This document shows positions 1-13,800 of a stretch of 64,000 bases of DNA, piece by piece. Source of the DNA: Ascidiella aspersa (lineage: Eukaryota). Both the position numbers and the translations under genes were made by a program. Numbering within the stretch: position 1 is the first letter of the stretch; each line of letters begins with the position of its first letter. Under the pieces are notes generated by a model. The model saw nothing but the letters and a program-made list of their open reading frames with translations, did not search any database and was not told the DNA's origin. The stretch is from assembly GCA_963924565.1 (NCBI GenBank), contig OZ004615.1, positions 14,384,001 through 14,448,000 of the forward strand. Direction: 5' to 3'.

Positions 1-944
1 TAAGCCATTTTGGCGCACTATAGCAACGTTACACGACATTCTATATGTACAACATATACATTATTCGAAACTACGTCAACGTTCTCTCACAGAGAATATA
101 ATTACTCTACTTAGCTACGTTCAAAATGGCCACCGCGGCAAACCACAGTTTCAAATCTTAACTTTGCTACAAAGCAATAAACAAGTGAGAAGTCCTAAAA
201 CCTTTTTAATTGCAGCACACCAACAGCTAAAAAAATCGGCAGCACACCTACGAAATATATGTTGATCGACAACATCAGCAAATATGATGGGCAGCCAATA
301 GAAAAAGGAGTATTTTGTAGTGAAATAAAAAAATAAAAAAAAAATTACGTATTACATTCCTTTATCTTCTGATTTTGCGGTTTTGTAAAAATTTCCGAAT
401 CCAGTCAAAGTCCTAAAAATTGTACTCCCTTGCAATAGCGCACGGTTGATCTCTTACACCTGGAATATTGCATAAGGTCAATAAACCTACCTTGATTTTT
501 CGCGACAATTCGACTGATTAAAAAGTACCCTGGAACACAACTAACACAATTACGGGAATGTCGCGGCACACCGGTTGCGGAGCAATGTCCTAAACGAGCA
601 GAATTACTGCTCGCAAACAAAACCTAACACATTGTAAAAAGAAATAATGTCACAAACATAATATTAGGTTGAGGTGTTTCCTATTTATCTGTCGGACTCT
701 TATGTGTTCATAATTACATGATTTTTGATATCGCTTTATGCAAAGCTCTGTAGCCCACTGAAAACAGCGTCATGGCCCATAGGTTGAAAACCTCTGAATT
801 AAACAGATTCAACTAAGCACAGTTTTTCCAAGCACATTTTTTATTCACCCAAAAAGAAATGTAAAACCTATTTTATCGTAAAACCCGTAGTATCGACTAT
901 GTTATATAAAAATGAATAGGTGATTTTACAATGTACCTTTGCAG

Positions 945-3900
945 ATTTACAGCGTTCCCAATTTCGAGTTGCTCTACATGGTCAAGAACTTTTCCTTCGG
1001 CCACAAACTGCTGGTCAACAGCGCCATGCAGTCTTATGGAGGTACCATATAGTCTGTTGCCCATTTAGGGGCGTGTAAAATCAGGGTACATGGTTTTTTA
1101 AAAAGAGCATAGTTTGTAAAACTAGTTTCTAAACAGAACGTCACTTTGATTGGCAAATAATCTCAATTTATGTAATGACATATTTTAACCGAGTATTTTG
1201 GCTTGCATAGTACAAAAAACTAAATGTACACCAGAAAGCCTATATCTATCTTAGTTTACTTTAGATTTAGCGCTTGTATTATGTTTAAGATTTCGCGCTC
1301 ATATTACGGCGCACTATTGCCAGCAACATAGGCCTTTTGGAGGATAGTGTGATTTTCTTAGCCTCACTTGGGGGTTAAACACTTTCTTCATTTACCAGTA
1401 TCGGTGTCCTGATTTCGTTACTAACACTACTTTTTTATGACACGAAGCCGTTACAACCAGTTCGTATTGTAAAAAGCACGGCTGCGGATTTTCCAATTAG
1501 TTGTCGTAGTATAAAAACAGTATATGCAGCAGTCAGTGATACCATGGCTCAGACGGTGGAGCGTCGCCCCTGGAATGGTGGAGGTCGTAAGTTCGAATCT
1601 CACCGCAGGCTTGCTTATCTCGCGATAAATGTCTTGTCTGTAATAAAATCCTTTTTAGGAAACTGATTTTGGTAATACCGATATTTGGCTCTCCGGTGTT
1701 AAACGGAGCTTACTATGAACGTGAAGGTGTAGCAAGTGTCACACTTTGAGTGACCTATTGCTGAAAAAAGTCCTGTAACGTCGCTACGAGTATTTGCAAC
1801 CCCTGTGTGTACAACTGCTGGCGACATTTTGTCTGCTGAACCACTGTACACTTTTGTCTGCTGAACCACTGTGCCTAATAGTCCAATTTAACATTAGATA
1901 AATACCGTAGCAGTTTTTTCATAAATGCACATATTTTGACAAATTTAAAACCTGTTAGTTACCATAAATGTACAAACTGATCTCGAAATTAATCAAACCT
2001 TAAATAGATCTATTTGACCCAGTTTTAGTTTTCATCCTATTTGCACTTATTTTTTGACAGGTGACTTGGAAAAGGGCGTATCAGGGGCAGAATCCCGTTA
2101 CGCAGACAACCCAAAGATTCATGAAATTATTCTAATAGGTTTGGGGAACAAGCAATCACGACCCTACCTTATAGTAAGTTGTGTCGTTTTTAACGAATTT
2201 AATTCACCATGCTAAATTGTTCTCTTTACCGTTTGTTTTGTTTCCTTGGTTATCCGACAATTGTTAAATATATTACTTTTTCAATATAAGTTGTTTGTTA
2301 AAATATTTTCTCCTTACTATCTTTGGATTTATGTTTAGGCAAGAGTAGGAAAAGACTTGTTCATTTACGAAACGTTTCGGTACACTTCTGAAAAGGAATC
2401 AAAAAGAGCAGTTCTCCAGATCAGATTTAAAAAGGTATAGTCTCTAAAAAACGGGGTTATTTATTGCTGTAGAGGACAATAAAAAACTATCACCCGTAAT
2501 AGAGTCATAGGGTAAAGATATGCAGAGGATTTAAAAACTTGTAACGTTTGCCTGTGTATTACTCAAGAAAAGTTAAGTCTAGCGGCCGTTTTACTTTTAA
2601 ATGTATAGTACTTAATTGTATATTATGTATAATGTATAGTACTTAATTGTATATTATGTATAACGTTATTATTGGTACATTTGGTACACAAAAAAATGAC
2701 TCGTACGTAAAGTTCCAATCTTGTTTAATAGGTTCACCACAGTATTGTAACAAGAAACTGCAGCAACATCAGTGAGGAACAGACGGCTGTGCACAGCAAA
2801 CAACTACTTCGCCCGTTTGATAACATCGCCGGTTATTCAGGGGTATGTTCGGATAAACAGATGTCGACGGCCTATAATCGTCTCAAACGTCGTCGTAATA
2901 TATTTATTATTTATTTCAACTTACGATTTATACTTTTTTTTGTTGTATACCAAAATTATTGGTTAAATGTAGTAATACCTTTTTTTAATTGCTTTGCTTT
3001 GAAAAAGTCCATGTTGAATCTTACTAATCTGTAATATGTTTGCAAGGTGTTCCTGTGTGGAGCGTACCCTCATTGGATAGTTTGCAGTCACCGAGGCTCG
3101 CTCTACTGTCACTCGATGACGGTCGACGGAACGGTGACATGCTTCGTGCCATTCCATAATGTTAACTGTCCGCACGGATTTCTTTACTTTAATCTAATGG
3201 TAAGGTCGTGATTAACAGAATTTTATAGGCAGATTAATATTCGGCGAAATACAGTAGTCCATTGTTTTTACAACACGAAGTACAAGTTTAGATGTTCGCC
3301 ATTTATCTATTTCACAATTCCAACCCGATTGCTTTCATGCGCTAACTGCAATGTTTTTCTCTGTAGGGCGAGCTTCGTATTTGCATGCTGCCACAGCACA
3401 TGAAGTACGACAATCCTTGGCCAGCGAGAAAAGAGAGTCTGAAATGCACACCACACTTCATCGCCTACTCTATTGAGCACAAGGTAACAATTGTTTTTTT
3501 AACAAAAGAGGTTTTTCTGTGAGCCCGCATTGCGCATTTTTTCACTAAGTTTATTCGTGCCTAATACCAGCCTTACGTAAATGCAGTGAGAAATATATCG
3601 TTCATCGAGTTAAACAACTGACAGTTTAAAAAAATACTCATCTAAATGGTCATTGGCAAATAAAACTTAACAATTTTAACCGTGTAAAAATTAGATTTGT
3701 AAAGGTTGTTTTCTTACTTTACAACCAGTCTCACATCCTAACATAAAAACAAAATGAATAAAACTCAATAATATAATTAGTCGTAGACATTTACTATTAT
3801 TAATTTTTTCTAAGGTGTATGCCTTGGTAACAAGCGTTTCCGAACCATGCACACGACTACCGTTCACCAACTGTGACAATGAACGGGAGTTCGAGGATCT

Positions 3901-6900
3901 GGAGCGAGACGATCAGTTTATTTATCCCCACGTTGATAAGTTCTCGGTGCAACTCATATCCCCGGTTGGATGGGAACTGATTCCAAACGCGAGGTACGAC
4001 TTTAAATCGCAGTAATGGGAAACAGTTCGCATATGCGTTTCACTAAATTGTTTCCATAGTTCAATACGAAAGAGTACAGCAAATAATTAAGGTGTAAAAT
4101 CCTAGCATTTTTGCTGTCACACGAAACACCATTTAACGTAGGCGTTTATCAAGAATTCCTATTGTCGTTTTTGCCACAAATTTGTACGGACAGATAATTA
4201 GACTTCGATCATATCTGTAACAAAACATGTTCTGTTCCTTGCGATGGAGCCCGAGTACAAGATTCAGTTTAATTGTCCCGAAGTTCTGATTTTTGTGCGA
4301 TTTTTATGTTTCCAGGGTTGACATGGAGGAATATGAGCATGTGACGTGCATGAAGAATGCATGGTTGAATCCTGGACCTTACACCAGTGTTCGACAGAAC
4401 TACGTCGTGCTTGGGACCACAAATGTCATGGGGGAGGAAATGGGATCTAGAGGAAAGGTAATCCGATAATTAATTTGTGAACTTGGGTTTTGGCATTGCT
4501 GTTATTGCAACATTGTCTCAACTATGTTCGTATAATACCAACTTTCATAAAAAATGATAATATGCTAATAAAGAACAAATATCTATTATGACATGTCATA
4601 ATTTTCTTTGTCTTTAACACTTTAATTATGAAAGCTTACAAATGCTACATAAAAAGCCATTTTTTTATTTTGGACCACATTTTGCGTTTTGGTGTTTTAA
4701 TTTTATTGTGTGGCTTCAAATATTTTTATTTTGTTTAACACTCGTTAACATACACAACAATTAAATAGTATGTCTCAATATTCCTCGCTTTTATTTTCCG
4801 TGACATATATCCAGGTACGCCAGCGACAGTACAATTAGTATTTCGAGTGGTATGTTGATATTGTATTTTTCAGATAATCATCATGGAAATCATAGAGGTA
4901 GTTCCGGAACCCGACAAACCACTGACCAAAAACAAATTGAAGCAGGTTTATTCAAGTGAACAGAAAGGCCCAGTGACTGCAGTATGTGGCGCCCAGGGCA
5001 ATTTACTAACTGCTATTGGACAAAAGGTTTGTTATATTATTCAAATCAACCTAATACGTGGACAACAGTTGATTTTTTTTCTTTATGTGCCACAGGGAAT
5101 TCGTAAAATTCCCCCATTTCAAACAGGCATGGATGTCGTTTTTAGTACATTAACTTGAAAGTAGGGAAACCCCATTCACTAATATAGTGGTTCTTAACCT
5201 TTTCTTTCCTTGTTTCATCTACTGGCTGTTTTTTTAGGTTAATTACTAAACGCATACGACCCAAAAAATGCCCGCGTACCACCGAAGAGCCATTGCTCAC
5301 CACTTGTTGCAAAACACTGCACTAATGCATAGAATAACTAAAAAAGAGATAAAACCATGCTTAAACTCTAAATATCTAACTGTCGATCACGTTTCCAAGA
5401 ACTATTTAGCTTAACATGATTTTTCGATATTGCTATTAGCTCAATTTGGAAATTTGCAACAAAACACCATGAATAAACTAAAGAATAACTTTCGTTAAAA
5501 AAATCTACCCTCCTAAAGGGCTTAAAAATACTATTCGTCACACAAAGAGTTCTAAAAAGTCGTTGTATTTATCACGTTGCGATTAATGCCAATACAAAAT
5601 AATTTACACAAAACGTTTCATAATGGTAGATTGCCGAAAAAATGCTAAATTTGTTTTATTAAATAAATTTGGTTTGTTTTTTATTTTCAATAAGCAAAAT
5701 TGATTAAAGGTATTAGTAAACACGAGAAAAAAGAGTTTAATTTTTAGCATCAAATTCGTCTGTCGCCTGCATGGTGGCGAGAAGAAATGTTGGATAGGTG
5801 ACGAAAAATGTCCAATTAATAGGGTCCGAGTCAATATCTCAAGCCAAGATACTCTAATTCACCCATACCATATAGTTTGTGCATTTCAGCAATGTTTCAG
5901 AAAATTATAAAGTAAAATTAATATTAATCAAAATTGCCTATTTTACCTTATTAATGTCATGTCGAATCGTGATTGTTTTGCCCAAAATATGGGTAATCGA
6001 TCGATATTATCTCCAGTGGCCACTGCTGTTTCAGGTGTTCATTTGGCGCTTCGATGAGAATCAGTCGTTGCGCGGTCTTGCGTTTGTCGACACCAACATG
6101 TACATCCACCAAGCCTTCAGTTTCCGTAACTTTGCAGTCGTGGCCGACATACAAAGAAGTGTCACCTTGTTGCGCTATCAGGTGGGCATTGCTTTGTTTG
6201 ACAAAATCAATGTAATAATTGAAAGGTGTATTTATGTTTAAAATCATATAAGGTGTATTTACTAAGATGTATCTTTCGAAAAAAATGTTGATAGTCATAT
6301 TTGTCTAATTTGGACTTTGACCTGATAATACACGGTTGTACGAAAGCTTGTCAGCTTTGCAATACAATAACTGATTTCCGATACTTTTGCAAAATAATTA
6401 ATTAGCTACTGCAGTAGCGTCATACATTGGAAATAAGTTCTTCGGATATTTATTTGTTTGTCCGAAGTCGAACTATCCAGGAAGCCTTTAATCAAGAAAT
6501 GTAAATTATGAAAAGTATATCTTGGTCAAAGTAATTTCGACAACTCAATTTCCTGTAAAATTTACTGTTTAAATTCTCAAGTTCCGGTGATTTAAAAACC
6601 AGGTCTGGTCAAATTTACTATTTTGTTTTCCAAAATTTCGTTTCAGGTTATGAAACAATAGTTCCTCCTATTGCGTTTTGCCGTACAAACGAACTCAGTA
6701 GTCGATTGGTCGCAATTATATTTTAGCAAACTATTTGCCCAGGACGAGTACAAAACCTTGTCGGTGGTGAGCCGCGACGTTCGCCCGATGGAGGTTTACT
6801 CTGCCAATCTTTTGGTGGACGGCACTTCGGTAGGATTTCTTGCATCCGATCACGAGAAGAACATCGTATTATTCAACTACTTACCAGAAGGTGGCTACAA

Positions 6901-9819
6901 CACTAACATAATATGAAATAAACTTAAATGCTATGTGCCATGTGTTCGATTGCTCGTATTATACAACTACGCGTAAAAGATCCGCTTTAGGTATATAGCA
7001 CTTGGACAATTATGTGGCAATAGAATTATGAGTTTCACGCCGAAAGCGTTTTGGAAAATTAACGGCCTTCTGGCAGCATTTTTTTTGTTTATACGGGGTC
7101 ACTGAGAACCCAGTATACCTTTAGTAGGTTTATGTGAAAGTAAATGAGAGTAATTATATATGTTGGGAAATAAGACCAACTGATTCTTTCGAAGTCATGC
7201 GGAAACAATTAATGTTATAAACATAGCGTTGGCCAATGTGCCTACTGCATACCAAATAATCTGATTTAAATCCATTTAAAGAACACAAGGTTCAATGTGC
7301 TACAGTATTTGTGTTTTCGTAGCAGTTTTAAATAAATATAAGGCTGTAAATGTTAAGAAATGTGTTTGTTCTCATTTCTAACATGTACCTTTATACGCAT
7401 TTTATGGCTTTTAACCGAAATAATGATTATTAAAAAGTATTTTTTCTAGATTTTGTGTGTTATCACGGCTTATTAATTGCCCTTTATTTTACACAGTTGC
7501 CGTTATACGTACAAAACATTCCAACAGTTTATTCTGTTTTTCATGAAAATAACTATCACGGCCTTTGCTTCCTTTGTATAAGAGCTGTGCACATGTTTTA
7601 TCGTTTAAAACCGGCCGTGAATTTTCTTCGCATGGCACCAGACCACGACAGTTACGGTGGTACTCGCCTGATGCGGCGCGCCGATATGCACGTCGGCTCC
7701 CACGTCAACTGCATGTGGCGGATCGGCTGCAGCCAATTTGATCGATCCACGCGCACCACCAACACAACATACGGCAGCAGTCAGGTCACAATGATGGGTG
7801 AGCGACAGTATTCGGAGTAAGCGCCGGGGTTTTGCACCCATGCGCAAAACCTAAGAAAATGAACAATTTGTGTTTTATTGCGAAAAAAGTATATGTGTTC
7901 AACAACTGTGTTCTATAGCCTTACAGAAGCTGCTCTTTGAACAACGATTACTGCTTACGTATCATTAGTACACCGAAAGCCATCGCTGGCGCATGGTTGT
8001 TTTTCGACTCGTTTTCTGCTGAGCCTGTGTAGCTCATTTGGTAGAGCGTCGGTCCCGGTATGGCCTGAGGTCGTGAGTTCGAACCTCACTGCAGGCTAGT
8101 TGTATTTTCTAGCCTTCCTTACTTGTATCATTGATCGACAGCTTCGGTGAGTCTGCGGTTGCTTTCGGTGTATTAATGAAATTTTTTTTTTAATATTAAA
8201 TAAAAATATATAAGTTATATTGTTGCACTGACGCCTGTTTTACGTTCCCGTTCTTTTTACTTTACAAAAGGATTTTTTTAAGTTAGTCATAAGTATAAGT
8301 TATTTTACCAAACAGGTCGTTAAAACTTGCATTTTATGTGGTGCGTTTTAAACGCATTTGAATGTTTTAATTTAGGCATAACTTTTCTTACTGACCTGTG
8401 CGTTAACGTTAATTTTAGTGATTTTATCTTTTGCGTTTGCGTTAGGATTTTCTATAGAAAAAAGTTTTAGGAGAAAGCAGCGAAACAAACCGGGACGTTT
8501 GCCTTTTATTATAATTTACGCTTTTTTAATTTTTAAATTGTCCCGCGTGAAACCTGCATGTTCGACCTGCGGCATATTTAGCCTACTATGCGTTTCAGGC
8601 TCGCTAGATGGTTCCATGTCATTCGCCCTTCCAATCACTGAGAAGATTTACCGACGCCTTCTTATGATCCAGAATGCCATGGTAACCGGTCTACAGCACA
8701 TAGCAGGGCTAAACCCGAAAGCCTACAGGTTGATATTTCTTATTAGCAGGAAAAATAATGTAGCAGCAAGTCCCAATATTGCACAAGGACGTAAAATATG
8801 TAAAACAAATAATCGACTTTTCTCTACGCAATTTTTATGTGGTCAACTTCTCTCAGATTTTTTTGCATTATTTAGACGTTTTTCTTTCAGAAAGCCAGAG
8901 TTTAATCTTACAGCCTGTTTTGTCTTTTCCTCGTTTTCGTTGCTAGATTTTACGGTAATTAAATATACAGAAAATGCCGTTTGAGGCGGTATTTATATTC
9001 ATTTTACAAAGGTTAGATCCTGTATTTTACTATTAGCGCCAGCGGAGCAGTAAGCGACAAACAGAAACCTGATGTTAATTGTTTCGCATGTCATAAAGAT
9101 ACATATTTTTAGTTATCAAGATAAACCAGTATTTCTACACTTTGATCTTTAAAATGAAAGTTTGCTATGTTGTGATAATAAATTTTAAACGATTTTATAG
9201 TTTGTGAGCTTTCAGTTTACAGTAATTTGATTAAACAGGCAATTTGTGACGCAACAACGTTCGTTGATCAACCCCATGAAGAACATACTCGACGGCGACC
9301 TCCTGTGGAAATTTAACAACCTCAGTCACATCGAGAGGCACGAAATGGCGAAGAAGGTCGGCACTACCTCTGATCAGGTGCAATGCTGAATGCTGTTGTT
9401 TTTATTGTTTCTCAGTAAAAATAAGGTTTATAAAGGGTTATAAGCAGTAACGCGGATGCGACTTACCCAGTGTCATTTTGAATTGACGAAAAGTCAAGTC
9501 AACAATATAAACGACTGATATAAAAATAAAATAAAAAACCATTAAAATTAGCACAAAAGACATGAAGCAATCTAATCGTTTTACTTTCAAAACTTTAGAT
9601 AAAAAGCTCAATTTAATAATAAAGTGTCAAATAACACACTTAGTTTCAACGCAAATCATTTACCTAAACGACCGAAGTCCAGCGGTTGACATGAGTAAGA
9701 GTAATTACAACACTGGGCTTACAATACCCTCAAACAAACAAACAATGTCAAAATAATATTTTTTTTTATAGATTCTTGATGATCTTGTGGAGATCCATAG
9801 ATCAGCTTGCATCATGTGA
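945..9819 (+). CDS. CPSF1: Cleavage and polyadenylation specificity factor subunit 1 (CPSF160), 3' part; 5' exons lie upstream of the window
   Basis: GT-AG exons 945-1041, 2061-2173, 2339-2434, 2732-2842, 3047-3199, 3367-3483, 3815-3993, 4316-4457, 4874-5026, 6035-6181, 6743-6890, 7642-7797, 8599-8728, 9239-9377, 9772-9819 (TGA) splice in frame. Peptides [61 protein letters not shown] and [10 protein letters not shown] match CPSF1. Confidence 0.96.
1540..1875 (+). mobile_element. tRNA-derived SINE in a CPSF1 intron
   Basis: Head with A-box-like TGGCTCAGACGG and B-box GTTCGAATC (~1540-1610), a unique body, and a 3' tandem duplication (TTTTGTCTGCTGAACCACTGT)x2. Confidence 0.65.
7962..8179 (+). 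mobile_element. Inverted-repeat-flanked element with a tRNA-like core (8023-8096)
   Basis: TCATTAGTACACCGAAAGCCATCGC ... GCGGTTGCTTTCGGTGTATTAATGA are inverted repeats. The core folds into acceptor, D and T arms, but the anticodon arm is irregular. Confidence 0.6.
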
Positions 9820-10854
9820 AATGTGTCAACTACAACATAGTATAAAAGAGGAAGAATTCCTTGCTATGTTGTTCCTACAAGGTTGCATGATCGTATGGCG
9901 GGTTTAGCCATACAATATTATGATAAACAACTTTAAGATCGTTCGAATCATGGATTGAGAGTTGCAATATTTGTGGACCACAATTACGCGGACACTCTTA
10001 AAAAGCATGGTGCTTTCAGAGTTTAAAAATGTAGTATTAAAGTTATTAAAAATGCCAACCACGGTGCATTTTATATTGTATACTCAAAAGCTTTAAAAAG
10101 GCGAATAATATTGCTGAATTACATTGAAAACCTTCTTTAATGACGAGAACGTGAAACAAACGAATTAACGCCATTAGTCATCAATATGGATACCAGATGT
10201 ACTTTTAATTTGTGAAAGCGTTTATGTTTGTCCCGATTCGGAGTTTCATTGTTGTGTGTCATACAATGCAGCTAATTAGGATCAGGTCATTTCTTTTGGG
10301 CAACCAAGCAACATATTTTGTTTACTGCGTTTATTGTTTTGCAAAAATTTGTTACGAAAAAGTTTCGTTTAGTATAAAAATATAATCAGTTACAAGTCGC
10401 AGCCAACAAGACAATCCAAAAATATGACGGTAGAGTATATAGTTGTCAAAACTATACGATAGAGAGATGGAAACGACATTATTGTTGCATTAAAGGCACA
10501 AATCGCGTTAAAATGAGGGCGGGATTTACGATGTAATCAAAGGCAAGAATAGGACAAACAAAAAGGCATATATTTTTGTAAGGCAGCACACAGGCGAGAG
10601 AAAACAATACAATTTACAATAATCGGAAAACGGGAACAGAAATAGCATTGGATATTAGATATATTGTTTGCAAACGCTTTGTTTGTGATAAAAAAATATG
10701 TACTTTTCGACATATAACGTACATTACACACATATATTTCTGAGAATGTAATTAGTTCTAAAACCTGAGAAAAACAATACATATATGATATATATATAAT
10801 ATACTTTGCATAATACAAAATTAAATTTCCTAAATGTCTGCGAAAAACAAGAAG

Positions 10855-13800
10855 TTAAAACTTCGTTAATTTGTTGTTATTTGATGCCGCACCTAACGAT
10901 GTCAAATCATGACAGTACTGTCGCCGGTCGTATGCCTGAGAATTGGAGTTATTCGGCATTTGGGAAAACGCACAATTCGACAAAGGAACCAAATCTTTAC
11001 TTGTAATTTCTGTGTTGGGGATGATATCATGTGCGATTCCCTGCAAAGCGTCTGCTTCGAACGATAACGACGGGAGAGAAAATATCTGATAGTCGTCTTG
11101 GGTAGTTGCGGTCGAATTTGGCGAGATTATCGAGCGTCCAGTTCCACTATCGTCGCTATAGTTTTTGTAGTATGCCATAACGTTAACATTTTCTTGGCCA
11201 CTGTTGCTCAGTTCCGTAAAGCTGTTGAGGTAACGCTTCTGTGCATCCAAGTTCTGAAACTGATAGCCGTCGTTTGATAAAAAGTGCTGCTGTTGTGGTT
11301 GTTCATAACCGTAACTGTTAGACAACTCTACTCTGGATCGCTTTTCGGGAGGCGAGACTGCATTTTGGCTGGTGCCATAGGCAGGAGGGGGGCACACAGA
11401 AAAGTCGTCAGGAAAGCTTCGTTTTGTTGCCCGCGTGCACTCTATAGGATAACCTTCCTGTGACGGATACGATTTTGCGTAGTAAGACTGATTGATGGCG
11501 AATGTGTCACTGGTGTTGCTGGTAGAAGTTTCCGCCGACGTAGAAGGAAGAAAACTTTCGCTTGACAGCAAATTCCGATTTTCGTTTTTCATGGACTGGT
11601 GTCCCGGGATGTTAGAGTAAGGAGTGTGTAAAGAAGCTGATTTGACATGTGTCTTACTGGAATTCTGCATCGAAGGTGCACTAACAGCAGATTGTGTGTT
11701 TGACATGGACATCACCTTTGGAGGCGCCCGACCGTTCTTTCGCCGAGAGGAACTAAATTGCTCGAGCGCAGTTGTTCGAACGCAGTGATTAGTATATCTC
11801 TTTGATAGGTGAGCCGAATCTTAAATAAAATAGGTTTTTTTATTGTTTAATCCTTTCGGTTAAGCAATTTTATTGTGCTTTGCCTTACAAATATAATTAT
11901 TTCTTTAATGTGTTTTCTATCAAATATTTTTCATAGTGTATGTCTTCGAGGGTTAAAGACGACCCACAGCGGGTTTATTGGTTTAATAACCTACTTGAAA
12001 TATTCGCCATCATTTGCTGAAGGGCCTTCTCTCCTATTGGTGCTTTTCCGTACCACATGGGCGAGTCCGGGGTAGACTTTCTTCTCGGTTGTTGGAAAAG
12101 CCTAGGTTGCTGAGCGTGGAGTTTAGATAGGTAGAGCTCGTAGCTACGAACCGGACAAAGATCACCTCCAGTCTCGTACATTCGAATCTTGAAAAGAGTA
12201 ATACAATTAAGTTTTAGTAAAAATTCGGATATCTGTAAGGTTATGTTATATTGCTGATTAGATTGTTTGTATACTAAAACAACTTGTTGCATCCATTTAC
12301 AATACACTTTTTGGACACTAACCTCCTCCGAATCTCCAGCGGCGTGCATAAGTCTTCCTACGTATCGCAGGCCGTTGACATCCCGATAGACGTTGAATGA
12401 GGTTTTCTTCAACTTCTCTTGGGCTTCGGAACCCTTATGGCAAAAGTGGAGTGTAATTTCGAACCAGACCTGCGGGAGAGGTAAAGGATAAGGGAATTAG
12501 AAGACCTCTTTCGAATAAAAAAGTAAAATTAAAAAAGGGAAGTATTACAATTTTTTACAAAGACGAGTTTGATATTTTGCTTTGTGTTCTCGTTTAAATT
12601 TACATTTGATTTATGTAATAAGAGACGTAAAATATAATATCTAGGTTTCGTTATAGGCCTACACACTTGCCTTTCTTAGCAGAGCCAAGGGATTGGATGT
12701 GCTCAATACTTGGCTGTCGTACATTTTCCGAAGGTCAGCGAGTGAGATAGGTTGCTTGTGCGTTATTGTCCTACCGATGCCCTTTAACAGCTTTAGTTGC
12801 GTCTCCAATCGCTCGTTGGATGTTCTATAAAAAACGTCAGTTTGTTAAAAAGCACCAAAAATGGTTTAGGTTACTGGGCAGTTACTAACACAATACGCAT
12901 TTGTGGTTTTAAGAAAGCTATTCAAGACAGAATTTATTGGACTAGGAAGTATAATGTACATTGCAATTGATTTCCGACCTGAATCTTTCGTCGGTGACAA
13001 TATCGAAAGCAACGCAGTAAGGCTTCCCTTTAAGATGTTTGTTGATCATGGCCCGGAGGTTGAAAAGACTGTTGCGTCCGTAGTAGTCGCCATTTGACTT
13101 GCGCACTTCGCTCCAGAAGCGACAAAGCATCTCGTTAAGTTCGACCGCCGTCTGCTTCTCGAAGTGGGGCGATATGTTCATCTCGGTACACCAAGCTATA
13201 TTCGAATAAAAAAATTAAGCAAAACGAAATTAAAAATTAACAAAATGTTTAGTACACATTTGGATTTCCGAAGAAAAGAAGATAAAGAAGAATATTAGAT
13301 CCACTTAAATCTTAAAACCATTAGGCAAAACTTACAAGAAAACATATTGGAAATCTAGGTAAAATATGATGATTCAAGTTTACAATTTACTTAATTAACT
13401 TAGTAACATAGACCGCAACCTAGTCGGTTAAGCGTTGTTTCGTTTTAAAATCTTTGCATACGACACTAAACAGTCCAACTACTTTAATTGCCCCAACACA
13501 TCGCGCAAGCTTCCAGGAAAGGCAAGTCCGAAAAATAACACGGGGGTACAATTGCGACGTTTCGCTTCTACGGTTGCAACACGTAATAGGCAGAGACAAA
13601 GGGTTCGGGGCGACTAAGATATACAAAGTGGCGCGCTCGCTTTCCCAGGGGCGGATCACCGCTCTAAACACAAGTAAACATTACAGGCCTTTCGAGGAGG
13701 GACGAATTTGCGGATAATCCCTACGAGCTGCCGGTCATCATCGGTCAACGTCAGGTACAGGAGCAACGTTGCCTGCAACGCGACAATTAGAAACCACTTT

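Noticed and set aside
8023-8096. Functional tRNA gene
   Set aside because: The anticodon arm cannot form a 5-bp stem with a 7-nt loop; it is related to the SINE head at 1540.
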